The translations under genes and the position numbers were made by a program. Below the pieces are notes generated by a model, which saw nothing but the letters and a program-made list of their open reading frames with translations, had not been told where the DNA came from and made no database searches. Positions 34,966 through 44,572 of a stretch of DNA of 44,572 nt are shown here, piece after piece. Where the stretch lies: contig NC_068981.1 of the NCBI RefSeq assembly GCF_001194135.2, forward strand, positions 45,825,746-45,870,317, written 5' to 3'. The stretch comes from Octopus bimaculoides. Its lineage: Eukaryota. Each line of letters starts with the position of its first letter. The stretch's first letter is position 1.

Positions 34966-37900
34966 GTTTAAGAATTATTTACATGTGTATGTGTGTTTGA
35001 GTTGTGTTTGTGTGGGTGTATATGTGTGTGTGTGTGCGTTTTAAGTGCTGGCACTACAATATATTCAACGTAGATGGTATTATCAAGTGCAAAGTATGAT
35101 TCGGTTTACAATGTATGTAAGCTGATGGTGAAAGCCACAACTAACTAAAGTATGCAATCATATCTACTTATGTATTTCTTAAAACATGACTAATATCATA
35201 ATAACACGAATCCATAAAAGATCCGTATATATAACAAAAAAACATATTCAATTGACTCATTATAATACCCGTGATATGTATTCCTTGTTAGCGTTACTTT
35301 ACAAGCCTAATATTTGTGCTTCAACTGATCTTAAACACAATCTATATAAACTTTGAAAGAATCTTTGAAAATTATTTGTACATCACGTATATTCATTCTG
35401 CTACATTACACGCAATGACTATCCAGATCTGTCTGGAGTTTAATACGGAATAATATTAACAATAAGAATCACTTACCGCTACATTAATGATTGTAGAACG
35501 TGAGAGACAAATCATTGTCGGAACATGTTTTTATTATATCTCTACTTTAATTTTGTGGAAGAAGAAAAAAAAACTTAATAATATGTGAAATCTTGCTCAT
35601 TGTCATCGATATTCCTTTCAGGAGAAAGCTTTTAGACTCAATTGTATATTCCTCGTACAGCTGAATTTCCATACACTATAAGATGGTCACATATTCCAAA
35701 AAACTTTCAGCATATTGATCTACACAAAAGCGAACATTGAAAAAAAGACCACATTGCTTGGTTTATGGGAATTAAGCTAGCGATACTGGAGACAGTTAAA
35801 AATTTTCCAAAATGTTCGCAGCTATCATTCCTTCAATGCTCATAAATGTGCGTTGTGTATCCAAATATCTTTATATAATGTACAGCCTGTTTTCAAACGT
35901 TTGTGTAATAGGAAACCTGAAATTTTGACTAATGTTTCATATAGTTTCTGATTCGTTTTAAATCGTGATACCATTTGCTAATGCAATACAGACTATAACT
36001 ACATTATATAGAAATGAGCCAATTGATATGAGCATACTCTTTGAACAATTGTTTCATATACTAAATAAATTAAGCAAATTAATGTATGTGTGGCTTAGTG
36101 TCGGGCGTGTGCGTTTGTATGCATGTGTGTGCATGTATGTCTATGGAACTGGACAAAATATCTCGTGGCTCGTGTTTATGCATAGAATTCGATTATACTC
36201 GCCATGTTTAGACTGCATCTATTAGAAATATAAAGGCAAATATTCAAATAAGTATGTAAATATTATCTGGTTAAAACTTTATATGAGTGTTGATATAAGC
36301 TTCATTGGTATTTTAATCTACATCAGACATAATTCTATTCTATTGTGAATTCGAAAACATAGTAAGTACATTATAGTCTACGATTTGAGATAAATAATTA
36401 ATCAATGTTTAAGCAGTATAACAATAACGTATCACCTTCTTTGAATATATATGACGAAAATCTACATTATATATAATTTACTAAGTTAATAACCTCGATT
36501 AGTATAAAGAAAAACATTGTCCTCACATTACAGCCAACGTCGTTTTAAAGTAATTAGTAAATATTTAAATATTACCGAAGATGTACATAATAACTTATAT
36601 CTTAGATATGTATATCATCATACTTGTTATTTAATACTTTCTTCAAATCCATTTCTCGAAGTTTTTGTTTAATTATATGTAAGAAATTGGTTTCTCTATT
36701 ACACAACTTTGATTCTGAGGTAACTCTGTAAAAAGCGTGATCGATCTTTATATAACCGTGTTACTTAAGCACGATGTATTAAGTGTGATAGTCCCTTTAT
36801 TCCTAGGTGAGTAAATATTGACTAAATAATTTTCCTTTCATTATGATGAGATTGTTGAGGAGCCATAAAATTAAAATAACTTATTTTATTTTGTTGGACC
36901 GAACAAAATTGATTGCACAGTTCGACATAAATTTCTGTAGTGAAGTATTGTATGATAACAGTATATAAGCTAATTAGTTGGAATATATAAATTTGACCGC
37001 TTATAATATTGGCGAAAATATTAATACAATGACACTTCGACACCTCATTTACTTCTCACTTTAATTAACACTTGTGGTAGCATTAATATACGTGCATTCA
37101 GTTTCAGATAATTTTGTTTCTGATAGATTGTCAAGTTTAAATCTTGCTTATATATATAGTAGAAAAGAGGAATATTTGTATGAAAACAATTAATTTTATA
37201 AGAATAAGTATACATATTCAGAATTTCTCGTAGTTGTAACACTTCAAACGTTACGTACATAAACGGCTATCTATATATATTTGCGTGTGCGCTTTAATAC
37301 GTATATATTTATATAAGCAAGACTGATGATGTACTTGTAGGATTTAGATTTTGTCGATATGCGAAATTGCTAAACAATACATTAGTAAGTTTGAGCATGT
37401 TTCAGAATGACATACTATGCATATATGAATATATTATTATCCCACACCTTTTCTCATTCTTTATCCGATTTTAAACGCGCGCGCGCACGTGAACCCACAT
37501 ACATATGCGTGTGCATGTGTTAGTATTTGTGTATCTGTACACGTATATGTACATACATCTTTATATATGCATGTATTTACAAATATATATATATATATAT
37601 ATATANNNNNNNNNNNNNNNNNNNNNNNNNNNNNNNNNNNNNNNNNNNNNNNNNNNNNNNNNNNNNNNNNNNNNNNNNNNNNNNNNNNNNNNNNNNNNNN
37701 NNNNNNNNNNNNNNNNNNNNNNNNNNNNNNNNNNNNNNNNNNNNNNNNNNNNNNNNNNNNNNNNNNNNNNNNNNNNNNNNNNNNNNNNNNNNNNNNNNNN
37801 NNNNNNNNNNNNNNNNNNNNNNNNNNNNNNNNNNNNNNNNNNNNNNNTATATATATATATATATATATATGCCTGTGTGTGTGTGTGTATGTATATAGAT

Positions 37901-38049
37901 ATATGCATATAAACGATTACGCTAACAGTTAAACGCACGAACCTTATCATGCATGCTCTCTAATCTACAAGTGCATACTTAAAATAGGGCCATTTACTCT
38001 AACCTTTATTTTTACAAATATTTTCAGAAAATCACTGGAAGTTAGTACT

Positions 38050-39060
38050 TCACGTTCCTTCCCAAGTGGAACTCAAAAACCCCGATACAAGATTGGCAGA
38101 CGAGGAACGTGTCTTTCTGCAAACTTTTCCCCCCTCGTCTATCACCCAAATTTATTCCACCTTAGCATCAAGACAGAGGAACTCTGCAAACTCTGCTTTG
38201 TTAAATATTGGTGCTAGAGCAATACGCATGATGGAAACGGTTGATAATCGGATCCGTCCCACACGCAGTATCAGTTTTGGAAGTTAAATCCACGCGCCAT
38301 CAAGGGTTATCAAAAATATCCCCTATACTGGCATCCTTTGTCAGCAATTCTTATAACCTTGGTTCAAGGATATGAGAATACTCCCGTTTTACTCCTGAAG
38401 AGGATACACGTTTGCGAAGAGTTCACCAAACAACTCTGGCTTATAGTCATAACACTCATGGAACAAATCAATCAAACACGGCGATTTGTCCCATGCGCAA
38501 CCACTCGCTACTTCTCATATCTCAGTTCCTATTATTGGCCTTTAGTATCGCCTAGACCTGTCTTCCGAGATTTGCGGAAGCTCCTCGAGTTAGATGCAAA
38601 TATCTTTCATTCTGCATGGTTTATTAGATCCTCTGGAGTGTTGAGCAATATACTGCTGAAATGCTGCACATATTTACTTGGAATGGAACAGTACACGCCC
38701 ATCCAAATCTGTCCGGTACTGGATTGTAGATTTGTTGCCAGGTCATATCTCTACTACCGGACCCAACAATCGGCTTTCGTTCTTTCTTCATTTATCGCAC
38801 GAGCTCTAGCCCTAACAACGCGGCTTTCGTGTCACGCATTGAAAAAATTGTCGACGCCAATTTTAGCCGCTAGCCAGCTGGTCGCCTTGCCACTTGTAAT
38901 TGCCTCTCCTAGTTTACTAATCGATTGCTCCTCTAAATAATTTCTCTCTATTACTTGCTCTCTACTAAATGCTGTAGTATATCGTTTCATTCCGTGGAGG
39001 AAAAGAGGCGTTTAACGTTCAGTAAACGGAATTTTGTCTGTCAGACTTATATAGGCAACA
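38050..39060 (-). mobile_element. L1/Tx1-like LINE ORF2 (pre-RT and RT N-terminal) remnant, heavily degraded
   Basis: Minus frames give VVRARARAINEE, PEDLINHAE, DKSPCLIDLFHECYDYKPELFGELFANVY (GKSPG-DGL-E-Y-like), INRFHHAY (FDRVDH-like) and LPILY..FEFHL (LSPLLY..LEPLL-like), with many stops. Confidence 0.6.
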
Positions 39061-39199
39061 GTGAATGTAACAAATTTGCTATCTGTTTAGCCAACTCGAT
39101 TGTATTGTGGACACCCTAACTGATCTTTGTGAGTTATCCTAACGAATACATTGACGACAATAACATCAACAATACTTGATGAATTACCAGGTAGTGGCT

Positions 39200-39720
39200 C
39201 TCATGGTTTATCATCTTAACTGATTAGAAGTATTATACTGTACCTTGTCTTGGTATAAAATATGGACTACAGCAAATATTGTGCTCAATCCCACACATTG
39301 GATTGTCAGTTGTTTGGCCTTAAACGGTTGAGCATGTCACTTAGTGATTGGCCATATATGCATCACTGATCACGAGAAGAAGTAGTGGGGGAATATCAGA
39401 GCCATGTGATCAGAGGAATTTTTTGAGCTTTAGATATTTCACCTCTGGAAACATGGGTGTTTGGGTCAACATCCTTAAGTAGTCCTTATGCAGGCATCGT
39501 TTGAGCGGAAAGGGTGACTCGACCTACAAACAATTCTAACTGGACCCCACCTGCAATGTCATGCGCTGTTAATCTTGATATGAGATCACCATGTCGCACA
39601 CCTGTGGTCATGATCCATGTGTCTGTTGTACCTTTATCAGACGGGTAGCCATGATGGGTATACTGGGCTTCGTATATTTTACACCAGTGTCACTTTGATG
39701 TTCTCTCAATCAATACTAAT
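39200..39720 (+). repeat. Dispersed repeat of about 500 bp, copy 1
   Basis: Shares ordered blocks (TACAGCAAATATT.TGCTCA, GCGCTGTT.ATCTTGATATGAG, CATGATGGGTATACTGGG.TTCGTATATTTTAC.CCAG) with inverted copies at 41020-41540 and 42630-43125. Confidence 0.8.
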
Positions 39721-39739
39721 AATAAGATAATTATCGTTG

Positions 39740-40075
39740 TTCTTGTCATATTATTGGATGTTTTCATAAAGATATAATTGATTATAACATTGAAGCAAAA
39801 ACACTTGCTGTGACCATAGAGTATAAACGTGCCAGATCTTAGACTCTGCAACAGAGTGGATGTGAAAGATATTGAGAATATTGGGAAATATCGGAACCTA
39901 GCCAGAAAGCAGAAAAGATTGTGGAAAGCGAAGGTGAGAATTGTTCATTTCGGTAATTGGTTCAATTGGCACGACATTACATCTGGTACCCAAGTGTCTG
40001 GACGATATTGGAATTTAGACACTTGTTGTGCTTTCAAACAGTGCTACCCTGAACTATACAAGAAGACTAAGTATG
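39740..40075 (+). mobile_element. Second RLE-type LINE endonuclease fragment
   Basis: RVDVKDIENIGKYRNLARKQKRLWKAKVRIV matches the K-E-x-EK-x-x-KY-x-x-L-x-x-E-x-x-RLW-x-x-x-V-x-x-VP pattern of R2/R4-group endonuclease C-termini. Confidence 0.75.
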
Positions 40076-40199
40076 ATTTTTTTTTTTTTNNNNNNNNNNT
40101 TTGTTGATTAAATAAGGAAATCAACGCTTCTGAATAATAATAAAAATCTTTTTAATTTTCATAAATTTCCAAAACCGCTTCATTTTGCTATAAACTATT

Positions 40200-40410
40200 G
40201 GTTTCAATCCTTGGCACAAGGCCAGCAACATCGGGGGATGGAACAATTGATTAAAACGATACCAGCGATCAACTGGTACTTATTTTATCGAGCCGGAAAG
40301 ATGAAAAGCGAAGTCGACCTCGACATAATTTTATCGTAGAACCTAAAAACTGTCGATATGTTGCGATGTAGTTTGCCTGGAGTGCTAACGATTCTGTCAG
40401 TTCGCCACCT
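40200..40410 (-). mobile_element. tRNA-derived SINE (same family as 34757-34965)
   Basis: Reverse complement reads ACAGAATCGTTAGCAC...GAGGTCGACTTCGCTTTTCATC...AAGTACCAGTTGA...GGCCTTGTGCC. Confidence 0.75.
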
Positions 40411-41019
40411 TACTTTACAACAAAATATTAAATTCTTCAATACTTTATATATATGTTTTATTTTATTTCATTCTATTAGATTGTTTAAAATAGTACGTTA
40501 TCTCCTAAAACGTATTTCATTCATTAAAATGCATTTACCGTGAATAACCATCTTCCACCATTGTTATTGTCAATTTCAAACCGGTTCTGGGGATTGTCAG
40601 TTCCTTACCAACTTACCTTTTTATACCAAATCTACAATCGATAAAACATTCATCATCGCTATTATCATTTATAGTGTTACGATTGTTTTCACTCCGTACT
40701 CTGGCATTGTCATGCCTCCAAGCTTCAACATGCAATGTAAGTTATATAATCCTTTTGTTAATGCTATTCAGATTCTAAAAAAAACAAAAAACAAAGAATG
40801 ATACAGATTTCGATAAAATAATTCATTACATTTGCTCTGGCTTTTACATTCTGAGAAAAAATCCAGCAGAGGTCAAATTTGCTTTCATTTTACGGAGGTG
40901 ATAAAATAATGCACACAGCAAGAAGAATGGTTGCTGGCGATGAGTAACATCTGGCACTAAAATTTACAGCTGGTATGCTTAAATCGGAAGCCATTATATG
41001 GTCATTACTATTTATGAGT

Positions 41020-41540
41020 GAGTGAGAGAACAGCATATGCCAACAAAGTGGTACTGGGGTACAATTATACGGAACCCAGTATACGAATCATGATAACCAG
41101 TCTGATAAGGTTTCACCAGGCACATGTATAACAACGATATGCATGTTACATGAAGATTTCATATCATGATGAACAGCGCATGAATTGCAAGTTGAGCCCA
41201 GTCAGAATGTTTTCAGGTCCACGACACAATCCCGCTGAAGAGATTCCTGAATAAGGTATGTTTAAGGATGATGAACAAAAAAAACCTGTTTCCATGAGTA
41301 AATTATCTAAAGCCCAAATTATTCTTCTCAACACGTGCCCATGTTGCTCGTCTACTACTCCTGCTTGTGATCTGAGGCTTTCATAATCTCAGCCACCAAG
41401 AGATATGCTCATCGTGTTGAAGTAAAGTAACTGACAAACGATTCTGTGGCATTGAGCAGAATATTTCCTATAGCCCAACTTTTACACAAAGACAAAGGAT
41501 ATACATGATAACACTTCCAATAAGTTAAGATAAGAAGCCA
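41020..41540 (-). repeat. Dispersed repeat of about 500 bp, copy 2 (inverted relative to copy 1)
   Basis: CCCAGTATAC, ACCAGGCACATG, AACAGCGCATGA and TGAGCAGAATATTT blocks are colinear with copy 3. Confidence 0.75.
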
Positions 41541-41577
41541 TGCTCGGTATTTTATCAGGGCATTTAATATTTCTATT

Positions 41578-41997
41578 GTGGAGGCGCAATGACCCAGAGG
41601 TTAGGGCAGCGGATTCGCGGTCATAGGATTGCGGTTTCGATTCCCAGACCGGGCGTTGTGAGTGTTTATTGAGCGAAAACACCTAANNNNNNNNNNNNNN
41701 NNNNNNNNNNNNNNNNNNNNNNNNNNNNNNNNNNNNNNNNNNNNNNNNNNNNNNNNNNNNNNNNNNNNNNNNNNNNNNNNNNNNNNNNNNNNNNNNNNNN
41801 NNNNNNNNNNNNNNNNNNNNNNNNNNNNNNNNNNNNNNNNNNNNNNNNNNNNNNNNNNNNNNNNNNNNNNNNNNNNNNNNNNNNNNNNNNNNNNNNNNNN
41901 NNNNNNNNNNNNNNNNNNNNNNNNNNNNNNNNNNNNNNNNNNNNNNNNNNNNNNNNNNNNNNNATCCTCGGCGTCGTAAGCGACGGAGTGCCAACCA
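41578..41997 (+). mobile_element. tRNA-derived SINE interrupted by an assembly gap
   Basis: GGCGCAATGACCCAGAGGTTAGGGCAGCGG (A-box-like) and GGTTTCGATTCCC (B box) lie before the gap at 41687-41963. A probable tail, GGCGTCGTAAGCGACGGAGTGCCA, follows it. Confidence 0.75.
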
Positions 41998-42008
41998 CCA
42001 ATATGTCT

Positions 42009-42013
42009 ATTAC

Positions 42014-42069
<56 letters not shown>

Positions 42070-42175
42070 GTATTGTTGTTGTTGTTGTTGTTGTTGTCGT
42101 TATTATTATTATTATTATTGGTGTTGCTTTTGTTGTATATCTTATGACTATTTTTATTATTATATGTTGTAGTGC

Positions 42176-42236
<61 letters not shown>

Positions 42237-42275
42237 CTACTACNNNNNNNNNNGTAGTAGTAGTAGTAGTAGTAG

Positions 42276-42350
<75 letters not shown>
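42009..42350. repeat. Compound trinucleotide array (ATT)n-(GTT)n-(ATT)n ... (GTA)n-(TAC)n
   Basis: Directly visible. (GTA)n switches to its reverse complement (TAC)n at AGTACT. Confidence 0.95.
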
Positions 42351-42351
<1 letters not shown>

Positions 42352-42629
42352 TCATAACCTCCCTCGACGGTATCGATAGCCCGTCCATACATTTGATTTT
42401 GCCTCTCTTCAAGAATAACTCTCGGCACTTTTTCATTCCGATCTACGTTCTGATATCAGCACTAAAGTTATAGACTGTATCAACGAGGGAACTCACTTGG
42501 GCTTCATCTTTACCCTAAAGTTTGAGGTCATCCATGAATTACAAATGGATATGAGGTGCATCATCATACACATCATAACCATCATAATCAATATTATTAT
42601 TTTTTTCATCATCCTCATCATCATCATTG

Positions 42630-43125
42630 GCTGAGAGAGCTGTGCATGCCATGAAACTGACGCTAGGGTAAAATATACGATGCCCAGTATAGCCATCATG
42701 ACTACCCATCAGATACAGTTACACCAGGCACATGCATCATCAACATATGTACGCGAAATGGTGAGCTCATATCAAGATAAACAGCACATGCTCTTGCAGG
42801 TGGGACCTACTTAGAATTTATTTTATGTCGAGTAGCCCATCCCACTCAAATGGTCCTGAATAAGGGTTGTTTAAGTATGTTGAACGAATCACCCATTTTT
42901 CAAAAGGTGAATTATTCAATCTCCAAAGAATGCCTCTCAGCGAATAGCTATTAGACTCCCAACTACTTCTGCTCATGATCAGAGATGCATATATCGTTAG
43001 ACATTAATGGATATGCTCAACTGGTTAAGGTCAAACTACTGACAAGCAAATCTGAGGTACTGAGCAGAATATTTGCTGTAGCCCATCTTTTATACCATGA
43101 CAAACCATCTACATGATAACATACT
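42630..43125 (-). repeat. Dispersed repeat of about 500 bp, copy 3 (inverted relative to copy 1)
   Basis: GGGTAAAATATACGATGCCCAGTATA, CTCATATCAAGATAAACAGCAC and TGAGCAGAATATTTGCTGTAG are near-exact reverse complements of copy 1 blocks. Confidence 0.8.
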
Positions 43126-44572
43126 TATTATTATTCGTTTGGTTCTTTATTTTCCAGTAAATATAATCTTCTATGATTATAGATAAGATTTAAGTTTACG
43201 ATGTGTTTTGGTTATTTTTACCTCATCCAATATTTTTTGTCGGTTACATTCTTTTTTAATTTTCAATATTCCTCCCTTTATAACTCATCAATGTTTACAA
43301 TATTTATATCAGCATACAAATATTTGTACCACATGAATCTTTACGTATTTATATCTCCTTTAATCACTCTTGATTTTGACTTCTCTTCTTAACATGATCG
43401 TTTCTTATGCTAGCTTTAATATTTCCTCTTCCTACTAGAAACCTGTGCACTTCAAAGCTTTTCTTCTCTTCCTACCTCCTCTTTCCCTTATCCCTCCGTA
43501 TTATTATTGTACTACTTATATAGACCTTTCATCTTCGAACACCACCATGTAGAACATACAATTTTGGTCCTCAAACAAAGCCAATATAAATGAGCTAAAT
43601 CCACATTATTCAAAATACGAGTTCCCTGATTCCGTTTCGTGAATATTAGCTTAGCTGAAACAAATGCGATCTTTTTGCAAGAGTATGATTATATATATAC
43701 ACACACACACACACGTGTGTCTGTGTGTGTGCATGCACGTACGCATTCAGTTTTATATTGCAGGATCCTTTCGCCAGCCGGGTGTACCTGATATACATTT
43801 AATTCTCTTCTGCGATATATATCACACCATTATTGTTTTACAGCAATTTCAACCATGTTATGAGTCTTCTACATTAACATATCCTTGACACACACATCAA
43901 GAAAATCAATGTGTTGCAATAAAGTCGCACATTAGCTTTTAGATTATCTGTAAGACTATCATATATGAGATATATTGTACTAGAATCGGCAGATTGATCT
44001 ATGTTTCCATTGATTGATTGCATTTTATGTACTTGTGAAATATATTTCAATGAAATATAATTTAGTATGACGAGCTACATAGGAAATTTATACATGTCTA
44101 TTAAATTACGAAGCTTAGCGTATAAACGAGAAACGGCAGGCATTTTAACATATGTTAACGCAACTAATTCTTCATTTAATTGTTTTATGTACTATACATA
44201 TCAGACATCAGTTTTGAACTGCCTTTTTTTGTATTTGAGAGATGTTTGGCTACGCACATCCACTAACCGAATTAGCGTCATCAATTTATCTTTCAAAAGT
44301 AAGTTACTCTTTCACGTCTTACTTAGTCACTGAAATTAGTCTATGCTGGAGCACCACTTTGCTAAATTAGTCGCAGAAATAGATCCAAGCATTTATATCC
44401 ATCTCCAGTAATTTATCGGTTTCTCTTGGCGACAATCTAAGTTTCACAGACATAAAGAAACCAACGCAGGCTATCAAGAGACGAGATGGGATAACACAAA
44501 CGTAGAGATGTACATAAGGATATATTTACACATATATCTATAGACAGACGCACACACACACACACACACATA

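Noticed and set aside
38338-38940. Longest gap-free ORF (200 aa, plus strand)
   Set aside because: It lies antisense to the degraded L1/Tx1-like ORF2 remnant, has no recognisable domain, and has no convincing start or splice context.
43762-43888. Possible terminal exon (strong acceptor, SFRQPGVPDIHLILF...YP*)
   Set aside because: It cannot be linked to other exons, has no recognisable homology, and is within chance expectation.

Overview
Eukaryotic, AT-rich, repeat-dense genomic DNA from a gapped draft scaffold. There are long N runs at 9329-9482, 11407-11643, 13457-14130, 19389-20026, 27942-28085, 30416-31382, 37606-37847 and 41687-41963, plus four 10-N spacers. The SINE/LINE/microsatellite make-up looks like a coleoid cephalopod, probably Octopus (inference from recalled repeat families, not a search). 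No complete gene or intact transposon ORF is visible. Recognisable content: several tRNA-headed SINEs, Penelope-like element (PLE) remnants with inverted pseudo-LTRs, a mariner remnant, a maT/Tc1-like remnant, two restriction-like-endonuclease (RLE) LINE fragments, an L1/Tx1-like ORF2 remnant and an RTE-like C2H2 zinc-finger tail. There are also many microsatellites and short splice-site-bounded open frames that may be exons of an unidentified multi-exon host gene. The most notable signal is a set of hammerhead-ribozyme motifs in apparently different repeat contexts: one with an intact catalytic core at 28557-28609, and degenerate or partial ones at about 835-850, 1612-1656, 9734-9773, 10215-10255 and 16899-16931. 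All folding and translations were done by eye and all family names are recalled from motifs.
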